Made by a program: the position numbers and the translations under genes | In this document: positions 8,841-18,311 of the stretch, piece by piece | Layout of the letters: each line of letters begins with the position of its first letter | How positions within the stretch are numbered: the stretch's first letter is position 1 | Notes under the pieces: model-generated | What the model was told of the DNA's origin: nothing | The model's database searches: none | Seen by the model: the letters and a program-made list of their open reading frames with translations, nothing else | DNA from: a virus | Lineage: Duplodnaviria; Caudoviricetes | Strand: one strand, 5' to 3' | IMG/VR virus record: IMGVR_UViG_3300032288_002935 | Location: 748-64,747 of that record | DNA length: 64,000 nucleotides

Positions 8841-9560
8841 ATGGCAGCAAAAAATTATAAAGTTTTTGATGGAACAAACTGGGTTTCTCCATGTGATCAA
8901 GAAGTAAGAATGCTTATGCCTGATGGTGTAACTTGGCGACTTATTGATCCTATAAATGAAGATGTAAAATACTTTGACGGTTCTTCATGGAAACCTATGA
9001 TTTGCGTAGATCCATCTCCGCCAATTGTTCCTATTACATGTTCCCAAGGTTCATTAAGCGGAAGTGGTGGTTCTGGAATATATTATATTCCAATGGTAGT
9101 TGGAGCTAATACTTGTAATCTTTCAATTACATTTAGTGTTCTTTCTGTACCAGATTCATTAACAATTTTAAGTTCTGATAAAAGTTTAATATTGGCACAA
9201 ACTGGTTATTTTGGTTCATCAGCAGTTCCAACACCTGGAGCATATACATTTGGACCTGGATTACCTAGACAAATATATCAATATTCACCAGGTTCACCTG
9301 GAAATTTTGTAGTTAATAATATAGCTCCGGTTGAAACAATAACTATTTTACCAAATCAATTTCCTATATCAAATATTAATCCTTTAAGCATCCCTAGTTC
9401 CATTAATCCTATTGATCCAACTCAAACTGTTAGAACTATAACATGGAATAAAGGAGTTACACCTGTAGATGTAAATGTATTAATTAGAGTTGTTGGACAC
9501 ATAAGTGTTGGAACTGGTTGGTCTATTCAAGCACTTACTTGTACTAATTGTCCATCTTAA
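8841..9560 (+). CDS. Putative fibre/receptor-binding accessory protein
   Basis: Two 'K.FDG..W' repeats at the N-terminus, then a beta-sandwich-like domain (F....VPD...I......TG). Confidence 0.5.
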   Translation: MAAKNYKVFDGTNWVSPCDQEVRMLMPDGVTWRLIDPINEDVKYFDGSSWKPMICVDPSPPIVPITCSQGSLSGSGGSGIYYIPMVVGANTCNLSITFSVLSVPDSLTILSSDKSLILAQTGYFGSSAVPTPGAYTFGPGLPRQIYQYSPGSPGNFVVNNIAPVETITILPNQFPISNINPLSIPSSINPIDPTQTVRTITWNKGVTPVDVNVLIRVVGHISVGTGWSIQALTCTNCPS

Positions 9561-9579
9561 TAAATAAAATTAAAATATC

Positions 9580-11052
9580 ATGAGTGAATGTAATAACTGT
9601 GAGGGAGAATCTCAAAATAAAAATTTAAAAGGACCAAGAGGTCGTAGAGGTGAAGTTGGTCCACAAGGACCTGTTGGTCCAGCAAGTGGTTCTGTAATAG
9701 GACCGCAAGGACCACAAGGTAATCCTGGTAATAATGGTCTTAATGGTGCTCCTGGATTATCTGCATATCAAGTTTGGCTTATGTTACCTGGTAATGCTGG
9801 TAAAACAGAAGCACAATTTATTACAGCTATAACAGGAGCAGCAGGTACTCCTCCTACTTTTGTTGTAGGAACCGTAACTGCTGGTCCAACTCCAGGTGTA
9901 ACTGCTGTAACTGTAGGAACAGTATGTACTTTAAATTTTGTTTTAGCACAAGGACCAACTGGACCATCTGGTGGACCTGGACCATTAGGACCGCAAGGAG
10001 CTCCTGGACCAAATACATTAGTATATAAAAGATTAGCAAGTTCTTCAGCAGCTGGTGCTTGGAATGATGATACAGGAAATTATGATACTGCTACATTGAT
10101 TAATATTTGTAAAACATCTTTGCTAGGTTATTCTGGAACTCCAGGTGCTGCTTTAAATGCGGATGATTGGAATCAAGGTATAATTGTAGATTCACTTATT
10201 CAAATTACATCAAGAGTTGATAGCACTAAATTTGGAATTTATAAAGTTGTATCAATAGTTGATAATTCAAGTTTTATGACTTACTCAGTTATTAAAATTG
10301 CAGCTAATGGTGTATCTTCTGTATTAAATGAAGAAGTAACAATTTCATATACAGTTCCTGGAGTTAATACAATTAATAACACAAGTCTTACAATTCCTGT
10401 AGGTGTTATTTGGCCTATTGGTACTCAAAATACTAAAGCCTTACCAAATGGTTTTTTATTATGTGATGGTTCACCATATGCAATTGCAACTTATCCAGAT
10501 TTATTTGCTGAGATAGGAACAACTTATTCACAACCTGGTGATCCACTTACAGTTTTTAGAGTACCTGATTTAATTGATACAATACCTTATGGTTGTGCAG
10601 ATGGGAATGTAGGAACACTTGTTGGTACTAATGTTTTAAGTGCGCCTGTAACAGGTTCGGCTACAGTTGCTTTAAGTGGTTCTGCTACAGTTAATATAGA
10701 TGCATCAAATTTACCTCTACATACACACGGTGTATCCGGACTTTCTGTTGGTGGTGGTGGAGAACATACGCATCAAGTACAAGGTAGAGAATCTGGAACA
10801 GATGTAAGTGAAGTAAATGGAGGTGCTAATATTAATAGAGGAAATACAAGTGTACTAAACAACGGAATGATTAATCAAAATGATGGTTCACATACTCACT
10901 CTATTAGTGGAAGTATTGATAATGCTGGTACTGCAGGTACAACGCAAGCATCAGGTTCTATTTCTGGAACCGGTTCTGGTTCAATTTCTGGAACAGCAAA
11001 TGGTGATAATAGACAAAAAGGATTATCTTTGCGTTTCATGATAAAATATTAA
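9580..11052 (+). CDS. Tail fibre with collagen segments, phage tail-collar domain and HxH metal-binding tip
   Basis: G-X-Y segments; a collar motif IPVGVIWP...PNGFLLCDGS.Y....YPDLFAEIGTTY...FRVPDL; LPLHTH/EHTH/SHTH motifs; C-terminal FMIKY. Confidence 0.85.
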   Translation: MSECNNCEGESQNKNLKGPRGRRGEVGPQGPVGPASGSVIGPQGPQGNPGNNGLNGAPGLSAYQVWLMLPGNAGKTEAQFITAITGAAGTPPTFVVGTVTAGPTPGVTAVTVGTVCTLNFVLAQGPTGPSGGPGPLGPQGAPGPNTLVYKRLASSSAAGAWNDDTGNYDTATLINICKTSLLGYSGTPGAALNADDWNQGIIVDSLIQITSRVDSTKFGIYKVVSIVDNSSFMTYSVIKIAANGVSSVLNEEVTISYTVPGVNTINNTSLTIPVGVIWPIGTQNTKALPNGFLLCDGSPYAIATYPDLFAEIGTTYSQPGDPLTVFRVPDLIDTIPYGCADGNVGTLVGTNVLSAPVTGSATVALSGSATVNIDASNLPLHTHGVSGLSVGGGGEHTHQVQGRESGTDVSEVNGGANINRGNTSVLNNGMINQNDGSHTHSISGSIDNAGTAGTTQASGSISGTGSGSISGTANGDNRQKGLSLRFMIKY

Positions 11053-11090
11053 TGATTGTCACAGAGAGGTTGGTTTATGTGGCTGACTAG

Positions 11091-11123
11091 AATTGGTCCT
11101 GGGAAAATCTAGGACCAATTTTT
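11091..11123 (+). terminator. Hairpin / terminator 1 after the fibre block
   Basis: Perfect 10-bp stem AATTGGTCCT / AGGACCAATT followed by TTT. Confidence 0.6.
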
Positions 11124-11136
11124 ACTCTTTGTATTT

Positions 11137-11166
11137 GAACCCTCTAGCAATAGGGGGTTTCTTTTT
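11137..11166 (+). terminator. Rho-independent terminator 2 with GCAA tetraloop
   Basis: GAACCCTCTA-GCAA-TAGGGGGTTT followed by CTTTTT. Confidence 0.8.
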
Positions 11167-11194
11167 GATTTTAAATTTGTATTTTTGACATTAA

Positions 11195-11207
11195 ATTAGT
11201 ATATTAT
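11195..11207 (+). promoter_or_regulatory. Putative late-promoter motif (ATTAGTATATTAT)
   Basis: Directly downstream of the double terminator and abutting ATG 11208, where transcription would need to restart. Confidence 0.5.
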
Positions 11208-11699
11208 ATGGAGGTGGATTTAAACAAGTCGCGGATTACAGAGAAGAAATCTAAGGTTATTAACTACAAGGAAGTTAAGGACTTTAATAAACTTCATTCT
11301 GGATATAATTTGACTAAAGCAGATATTATAAAAATAATGAGAGCATTTAATACAAATATGTTGGAGGAAACAATGAATAACATTTATGGTGTTATACTTC
11401 CTGAAAACATTGGTGCTCTTTTTATAAACAATGCAGGAAAGTCTAAAACAAAATCTGTGGACTATGCTAAATCAAAACAAACTAAAACTCTTGTGTATCA
11501 TAAGAATTGGGAAACTGATAACAATGTCATGAGAATAGTTTACATTAATAGAACAAAAAGAACCTTAGTAAAAAATGCAGGGTTGTTTACATTCAATCCT
11601 TTACAACAATTCAAAAGAAAAGCAAGTGCTTATTTTAGAAAGAATTGGGCTAAATGTTTAACAGTCAATTATAATTCAACAGTTGACATAAAAATATAA
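11208..11699 (+). CDS. IHF/HU-like DNA-binding protein (crAss-like)
   Basis: Basic 163-aa protein with a helix-helix followed by 'GVILPENIGALFI', as in the HU/IHF fold. It sits before the tail ring genes, as in crAss-like phages. Confidence 0.6.
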   Translation: MEVDLNKSRITEKKSKVINYKEVKDFNKLHSGYNLTKADIIKIMRAFNTNMLEETMNNIYGVILPENIGALFINNAGKSKTKSVDYAKSKQTKTLVYHKNWETDNNVMRIVYINRTKRTLVKNAGLFTFNPLQQFKRKASAYFRKNWAKCLTVNYNSTVDIKI

Positions 11700-11701
11700 T
11701 C

Positions 11702-12373
11702 ATGACTCCAATAAGCGAATCCATATCAAGAATAAGAAATACATTCAAAATTGTAACAGAGGATGCTTTCTTAACAGACAGATTTATCTATAGTTTGCTT
11801 CTAAAGAACTCAAAAGCTTTAATTAGAAGACAAGATGTAGAAAATAAATTAATGCAGTATGACTCATTATTTGAAACACTGCCTTTTGTTGAACTAATTG
11901 AGGTTGATAAAATAGAAGCTGATTGTGCTAGAATTAAAACTGGATGTAAAATCATGCGAACCAAAAACAAATTACCAAAAATTATGTCAGGTAGTTTAGG
12001 TCCTATATTTAGAACTGTAGCACCAATAGATGGTAGTGATGTATTTCAACAATGTCTTGCTGCAGTTTATGTTCCAATGACACTCTCTACTAATTTTAAA
12101 TATAACAAGACTCATTATTACTGGTATAAAAATGGTTACTTATATTTTCCAGATATTAAATGGGAAGCAGTTTCAATTGAGGCAATGTTTGAAGAACCAT
12201 TAGATGCTTTTTGTAATGAAAATAATACAGATTGTACAAGATACCAAGATAGAGATTTGACTTTACCTGATTATTTATTTACAGAAATGGAACAGTTGGT
12301 TCAACAAGAACTAATGACACTTGCTAAAATACCAGCCGACACTGGAGATAATTCACAAAACATACTAAGATAA
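11702..12373 (+). CDS. Tail ring / tail tubular protein
   Basis: Contains D..LTDRFIY, LPK, YYWYKNGYLYFP, 'A.FEEP' and a terminal D..DN motif typical of crAss-like ring proteins. Confidence 0.65.
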   Translation: MTPISESISRIRNTFKIVTEDAFLTDRFIYSLLLKNSKALIRRQDVENKLMQYDSLFETLPFVELIEVDKIEADCARIKTGCKIMRTKNKLPKIMSGSLGPIFRTVAPIDGSDVFQQCLAAVYVPMTLSTNFKYNKTHYYWYKNGYLYFPDIKWEAVSIEAMFEEPLDAFCNENNTDCTRYQDRDLTLPDYLFTEMEQLVQQELMTLAKIPADTGDNSQNILR

Positions 12374-12374
12374 G

Positions 12375-13322
12375 ATGCCAAATACATTTCTTAATTACAG
12401 AACTTATGATCAGTTATTGGCTGAGATCCAATCTGATTTTAAAAAGTATTACTTAGAAGATTTTATTAATCCTCAAGAGTTTATTAAAGTTGCTAAAAGA
12501 TGTAACTATGAATTAGGATTGAAAATTTTCAAGACTAAAGAAGTTGTATTGGATATTGAAAAAGGAAGAGCAAAGCTTCCTAATAATTTTAATGTTTTAA
12601 ATTTTACATTTCTGCTTTCACATCATTGTTCAGTTGAACCACTTATTGCTGGAACACATGTAGAAAATATTCCACTTGGTCCAGTTTATAATCCAAGAAC
12701 TTGGAACGATGCATTAAGTTGTACTCCACCTGCTGTTACTCCTACTCCAACAATTCATACATGTGGTGATTGTGGGACTAAGATTGATGCTTGTTCTTGT
12801 AAACCAATTGGAGATGTTCAATTAAACTGTAATGGTGAATTTTCAGTATTAGTTCAACGCTTTAAATTTCATACAAAAAAATGGTCAACACTTCATGCTT
12901 TGAGAATGATTAATAGTCCAGATGTAGTTGATTATGATTGTCCAAATAAAACCTGGCAAGCAGTTAACACGGCTTACATTAAAAATGGTTTTATTTATAC
13001 TTCATTTCAAACTGGAAAATTATATATTAACTACCAAGGGATGATGGAAGATGAAGATGGAAATCTTTTAGTTCCTGACCATGACATGTTAAATGAGTTT
13101 TATGAGTATGCAATTAAACAACGCATACTTGAAAATATGATAATGAATGGTGAAAATGTAAATCAAAGTCAAATTCAAATCATTGAACAAAGATTAAGAG
13201 CTGCTAGAAATAATGCTTATAGTCTTGTTAATACTCCTAACTTTAGTGAGTTAAGACGAATATGGGAGGTTAATAGAAAAGCTCAGTATCATAATTTTTA
13301 CAACATGTTTAAATCATATTAA
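12375..13322 (+). CDS. Tail ring / portal-proximal adaptor protein with Cys-rich insertion
   Basis: Contains 'GRAKLP.NF' and 'YIKNGFIYTSFQTGKLYINYQG...DEDGNLLVPD' motifs, and lies immediately upstream of the muzzle gene. Confidence 0.65.
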   Translation: MPNTFLNYRTYDQLLAEIQSDFKKYYLEDFINPQEFIKVAKRCNYELGLKIFKTKEVVLDIEKGRAKLPNNFNVLNFTFLLSHHCSVEPLIAGTHVENIPLGPVYNPRTWNDALSCTPPAVTPTPTIHTCGDCGTKIDACSCKPIGDVQLNCNGEFSVLVQRFKFHTKKWSTLHALRMINSPDVVDYDCPNKTWQAVNTAYIKNGFIYTSFQTGKLYINYQGMMEDEDGNLLVPDHDMLNEFYEYAIKQRILENMIMNGENVNQSQIQIIEQRLRAARNNAYSLVNTPNFSELRRIWEVNRKAQYHNFYNMFKSY

Positions 13323-13324
13323 TT

Positions 13325-16300
13325 ATGGCTAAGAAAAAAAGTGCAAATAATTCTATAAAGTCACAAAGCACATTTGATCAATCACTTGTTACAGATACAA
13401 GTGATTTTCATTTACCAGAAAGTTCTTGGACTTATGCAAGAAATGCAATTAATAATACTAGAAAAGGAGATATAGGAAAATTAAGTACAGAACCTGCAAA
13501 TCATTTATGTACTTATGCTCCATATAATATTATTGGAGCAATTCATATTGAAGCAGACAGATGGTTAATTTTTTCTACAAATAATTTTGATTCAGAGATT
13601 GGTATCTTTAAAGAAGATAATTGCTCTTACATCAAAGTTGTCAATGATAAATGTTTAAATTTTCATTCTGATTTTTTAATTAAAGGTATTACTAGACCAA
13701 CATTTGATTGTTCTTTTAATGCATACTGGGATGATGGTAGAAATGTATCAAGAGTATTAGATATTAATGCTGTTCCGTGGAAACAAACTTGTACTACAAC
13801 AGATGGTTGTACTACATGTGTAAATACAACTGAACTTGATTGTGATAAATTAAGATTAGAATCTTTTATAAAAACTCCTTGTATAAAACTTACTAGAGGA
13901 AATAGTGTAGGTAGTTTATTAAATGGTTCTTATCAAGTACAAATTGCTTATTTAGTAGACCAACAAAGAGTTACTGATTATTTTATACCATCTAATCCTT
14001 TAGCATTATTTGATCATACAAATGTAAATAGTTCAATTGATATTAATATTTCAAACTTAGATACAAATTTTGAAGAGTATGAACTTATTTTAATTTCTAC
14101 TATAAGTGAAAAAACTGTACCTAGAAAAATGGGAGTGTATAGTACAAGGCAAACTTTTATTTCACTTGATTATATTGATTTAACATTACCTGAAATAAAT
14201 TTATCTGATCTACCAGTTATAACTCCTGTACCAGATAAGTCTGATGCTATTTTTACTGTTGGTGATTATGCATTAAGAGTTGGTCCAACTAACAAGTTTG
14301 ATTTTAACTATCAACCTTTAGCAAATCAAATTGAAACTTTTTGGCAGTCTGTAGAATATAAAAATGAATACTATAAAAATGGTGGAACCAACATTGGTTA
14401 CATGCGTGATGAAGTATATGCATTTTTTATTAGATGGGTTTATAATACTGGAGATAAATCTGCAAGTTATCATATACCAGGAAAAGCTGCTGGTGATTTT
14501 TATTTAACTGATGATTCAGGAGCTAATGCAGGTATTATTAATGAGAATGCAATCTGCCCTTCTACAGTTAATGCAATTGAAACTCCTAGTTACACACCAA
14601 GAGTTTTTGAAGTTTATAATACAGCTAATATTACCTCTTATCCTAATACAGTTTTACCAGATGGCGGAGTTGTTTTAGCTGAAGGTAAAATGGGTTACTG
14701 GGAGTCTATAGAATTATATGATGACAATAATCCAATTGTATGGAATACTAATGATCCAAGTCATCCTGAATGGAATTTATGTGGTAAACCAATCAGACAT
14801 CATAAATTTCCTGATAACGTAATTGTTTCAGGAGGTACAACTAATTCTGTTACTAATCATTATAAAGATGGTGGTGATAAAATTAGAATCATGGGTGTTA
14901 GGTTTGATAATATTAAACCTCCAGTTGATAATGCAGGTAAGCCAATTCCAAATGTTGTTGGTTATGAAATACTAAGAGGAAATAGAACAGGAACTAAAAG
15001 TGTATTATACAAAGGTATAATCAATAATATGTTTCAATATACTGCTCCAAGTTTGGTAACAAGCAGAACTGCATTGTATCCTAATTATCCTTTTAATGAT
15101 TTAAGACCAGATCCATTTATTTCAATGAATTCTGTGGCTACAAGTTATGAACCTGCTTATGGTGGATTAATTAATTATACACCCAATAGTCAATACAGCA
15201 AAAAAGATTTTACATTTCATTCTCCAGACTGCATGTTTGCAAGACCATTTTTAGTAGATGATGAAGTAAAAATTTATGGAGCTGCTTGGGGAGATAGTAC
15301 TGGTTATTATGTAAAACCAAAAGAACATCCTAAACAAAAATTTATAACCGATGTAAGTTTTATAGTAGGTATTGTTGTAGGTTTTGGTCACGCTATTACA
15401 AAAATATTAGGTGCACGTGATGTAAAATATAACAGTTACCAATCAAAAAGTGAAGCTCCATTTGGAGGTGTAACTGTAGGTCTTGGAAATATTGGAGGTT
15501 CTGCAGCAAATGCTGGTTTATACGCAGCTCAACTTGGTCTTAATTCAACAACAGGATTGCAAGGTTTATTAGATGCATTCATTGGACAAAATATGGGATT
15601 TGGTTCATCAATTTTTAATACAAATCAAACAAATATAGCTGCATCAAATGCGTTAGCTGGAATACCAGGAACCGGTATTATTGGTGGAACAATTGAAATG
15701 ACATTTAAAGATCAAGATAGTTCTCCTGGTATTATTAGAGCAGCATTGCTTGCATTTGGAAATCCAATGTTTATAAGTTATATGGCTGAAGGTGCTGACA
15801 CTACATATAATTTAATTAAATCATTAGGTTCATGGAGAGAATTTGTTTTACAATATCAATCTTTATGTAAGTATGAAAACTTTGCAGCTCCTTATGCAAA
15901 TAATAGAAGACGTAGGGTTAATGATGCAAGATATTTAAATCCAGGTATTCAAGATTATCAAACAACTAAAGTTGTAAATAATATTTACAGAAATGAAACA
16001 GTAATGTTTGATACTGATGTAAATATAGAAGATATAACTGGTGCAATAGTTGATGAATCAAGACCACCTCTTGCTTCTACATTACCAAAAAATAAAGAGT
16101 TGGATACATACACAAGAAGGGCATCTTCTCATTATGTAGCTTTAAAAACAAAACTAAGAAATCAATATGGACAATTGCAATCTGTAAGACAGCTTATGGC
16201 TTCTACTTGCGTTAATCCAATTGCTTTATCAAATTCAGGAACTATCTTTGGTGGTGATATTTATATAGGTAAATATTCAGAAAAAAATACATTATTTTAT

Positions 16301-18250
16301 TTTGATCAGTGGTTAAATGGAGAACCTGATGGAGCTGTATTAAATTATACTCAACATAAAATGTTTGATTTTACAGCATTTTGGATGGATACTGATCCAT
16401 TTGATTTAATGGAATTTGTACAGAGTGTTCCTACAGCATTAAAAAATGCAGCGGAAGCAGGAGGAAGTGCAGTTGATACATTTTTTACATCTCTTGTTAC
16501 TCCATCAGATAAACATTGTTTTGATAGAAGAACTGATAATGGAATAGGTGAAGGTAAATTTTTATTAAAGAATGCATTTATGTATTTATTTAATTCAGGT
16601 GTAAGAGATTTCTTTGTTGAGTCTGAATTTAATATTGACATGCGTGACTGGAATGATGAAGATGCTAAAAAGCATTATCCAATTATGTCTGATTTAAGAA
16701 CCATGTTTAACTTCAATTTAATTAAAAATGATAATTTTTATAAAATAGATAGAAGTTTGTCTTGGTCATTTATGGCTAGTCAAAAAATACCTTGGGGTAT
16801 TATGCAAGGTAGAGATTATGATCCATTATTATCAGCATCTTGTTACACAAAGTATCCAAGAAGAATGTTATATTCTCTTCCGCAAGTTGCTTCTACAACT
16901 AATCTTTCATTAGCTAAAAAAGATAACTGGAGGGTATTTTTGCCAAGTAATTATGTTGATTATGCAAGTAATGTAACATCTGTAAAATCAATAGATAAAA
17001 CAGCAGCATTAATTTTATTTGAAAATCAATCTCCAGGAATGTTACCAGGTGTAGATGAAATGCAAACTAAATCAGGTGCAGCAGTTACAATTGGTGATGG
17101 TACTTTATTTGCTAGAAAGTTGCAACAGTTATCTAATTCTGAATTGTCATTTGAATATGGTTCATGTCAAAGTAGATTATCAGTTTTAAATACACCTGCT
17201 GGAGTATTCTGGATGAATTTAAATCAAGGTAAGATATTTTGTTACTCAGGTGGATTAAAAGAAATTTCTTTGAAAGGAAATAAGTTCTGGTTAAATATTT
17301 ACTTACCATATAAGTTACTTGAAGATGTACCTACTTTTTCTGTGTTGGATAATCCAGTTGCAGGAATAGGATGCCAAACTGTTTATGATAATGAGTATGG
17401 ATTGGTTTATTTCTGTAAAAAAGATTACAGGATTAAAAAAGATCTTCCTGTTACAGTTGAATACATTGGAGGTTCTAAATTTTTAATTAATGACATTTTA
17501 GTTACTAATGTAGGTGATCCACTTTATTTTGATAATTGTTCTTGGACATTAAGTTATGATCCAAAAATTGAACAGTTTGTTTCATTTCATGACTGGCATC
17601 CAGATTTAGCTTTAGGTGCTAAGAATACATTTCTTACAACTAAGGATAATAGTATTTGGAAACATAATGAAATATGTAGTAACTACTGTAACTACTATGG
17701 TAAGTCATATCCTTTTGAAATTGAGTTTCAATTAGATAATAAACTTGCAGTAGCAACAATGAGGAATGTTGAATTTTACATTGAAAGTTATGTTTATGAT
17801 ACAGCAAACTGTTATGATAGATTTCATGTTTTAGATCATGGTTTTGATGAAGCTGTTGTATATAACTCTGAACAAGTTTCAGGATTATTAAAATTACATA
17901 TAGCACCTAAAAATGATTTACCTTTGATGTTATCTTTCCCAAGTATTAAAACTAATTACATTGATATTCTTTTTTCTAAAGAAGAGCAACAATATAGATT
18001 TAATCAGTTCTGGGATGTAACAAAAGATAGAGGTGAATATAGTAATGCTGAAGAACTTATATGGAATACGGAAGACAATGGTTATATTCGCAATTTAAAT
18101 GCTGCAAATTTGAACTATAACAAGCAAGAGTTTCAAAGAAAAAAATTCAGACACTTCAATAACAGAGTGATTTTAAAAAGAACTGTAAATTCAAATGTTG
18201 AAATTTTAGTGAGTTTAGCTGCAAGTAATCAGCAATTATCTCACAGGTAA
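13325..18250 (+). CDS. Muzzle / tail stabilisation protein (P22 gp10-like, crAss-like)
   Basis: 1641 aa. Has an N-terminal 'YARNAIN', YMRDEVYAF.IRW, IRHHKFPD, IFGGDIYI, EYGSCQS..S...TP.G.FW, and WTLSY......FVSFHDW.P beta-propeller-type motifs. Confidence 0.75.
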   Translation: MAKKKSANNSIKSQSTFDQSLVTDTSDFHLPESSWTYARNAINNTRKGDIGKLSTEPANHLCTYAPYNIIGAIHIEADRWLIFSTNNFDSEIGIFKEDNCSYIKVVNDKCLNFHSDFLIKGITRPTFDCSFNAYWDDGRNVSRVLDINAVPWKQTCTTTDGCTTCVNTTELDCDKLRLESFIKTPCIKLTRGNSVGSLLNGSYQVQIAYLVDQQRVTDYFIPSNPLALFDHTNVNSSIDINISNLDTNFEEYELILISTISEKTVPRKMGVYSTRQTFISLDYIDLTLPEINLSDLPVITPVPDKSDAIFTVGDYALRVGPTNKFDFNYQPLANQIETFWQSVEYKNEYYKNGGTNIGYMRDEVYAFFIRWVYNTGDKSASYHIPGKAAGDFYLTDDSGANAGIINENAICPSTVNAIETPSYTPRVFEVYNTANITSYPNTVLPDGGVVLAEGKMGYWESIELYDDNNPIVWNTNDPSHPEWNLCGKPIRHHKFPDNVIVSGGTTNSVTNHYKDGGDKIRIMGVRFDNIKPPVDNAGKPIPNVVGYEILRGNRTGTKSVLYKGIINNMFQYTAPSLVTSRTALYPNYPFNDLRPDPFISMNSVATSYEPAYGGLINYTPNSQYSKKDFTFHSPDCMFARPFLVDDEVKIYGAAWGDSTGYYVKPKEHPKQKFITDVSFIVGIVVGFGHAITKILGARDVKYNSYQSKSEAPFGGVTVGLGNIGGSAANAGLYAAQLGLNSTTGLQGLLDAFIGQNMGFGSSIFNTNQTNIAASNALAGIPGTGIIGGTIEMTFKDQDSSPGIIRAALLAFGNPMFISYMAEGADTTYNLIKSLGSWREFVLQYQSLCKYENFAAPYANNRRRRVNDARYLNPGIQDYQTTKVVNNIYRNETVMFDTDVNIEDITGAIVDESRPPLASTLPKNKELDTYTRRASSHYVALKTKLRNQYGQLQSVRQLMASTCVNPIALSNSGTIFGGDIYIGKYSEKNTLFYFDQWLNGEPDGAVLNYTQHKMFDFTAFWMDTDPFDLMEFVQSVPTALKNAAEAGGSAVDTFFTSLVTPSDKHCFDRRTDNGIGEGKFLLKNAFMYLFNSGVRDFFVESEFNIDMRDWNDEDAKKHYPIMSDLRTMFNFNLIKNDNFYKIDRSLSWSFMASQKIPWGIMQGRDYDPLLSASCYTKYPRRMLYSLPQVASTTNLSLAKKDNWRVFLPSNYVDYASNVTSVKSIDKTAALILFENQSPGMLPGVDEMQTKSGAAVTIGDGTLFARKLQQLSNSELSFEYGSCQSRLSVLNTPAGVFWMNLNQGKIFCYSGGLKEISLKGNKFWLNIYLPYKLLEDVPTFSVLDNPVAGIGCQTVYDNEYGLVYFCKKDYRIKKDLPVTVEYIGGSKFLINDILVTNVGDPLYFDNCSWTLSYDPKIEQFVSFHDWHPDLALGAKNTFLTTKDNSIWKHNEICSNYCNYYGKSYPFEIEFQLDNKLAVATMRNVEFYIESYVYDTANCYDRFHVLDHGFDEAVVYNSEQVSGLLKLHIAPKNDLPLMLSFPSIKTNYIDILFSKEEQQYRFNQFWDVTKDRGEYSNAEELIWNTEDNGYIRNLNAANLNYNKQEFQRKKFRHFNNRVILKRTVNSNVEILVSLAASNQQLSHR

Positions 18251-18280
18251 ACATTTAATAGTTAAGATAAATAAATTATT

Positions 18281-18293
18281 TTTAGTATATTAC
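18281..18293 (+). promoter_or_regulatory. Putative late-promoter motif (TTTAGTATATTAC)
   Basis: Lies in the 61-nt gap before the cargo-protein block. Confidence 0.45.
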
Positions 18294-18311
18294 TTTATAA
18301 CATAGTATAAA

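Noticed and set aside
8260-10010. Periodic GGW-CCW-CAA repeats as a CRISPR array or DNA tandem repeat
   Set aside because: They are explained by collagen Gly-X-Y coding. There are no identical repeats with unique spacers.
10960-11000. Short direct repeat GGTTCWATTTCTGGAAC
   Set aside because: It encodes the GSISGT peptide repeat in the fibre tip, so a protein-level explanation is enough.
6317-11166. Diversity-generating retroelement or invertible cassette targeting fibre genes
   Set aside because: No reverse transcriptase or recombinase is in the window, and I saw no template/variable repeat pair differing at adenines. A short repeat could have been missed by eye.
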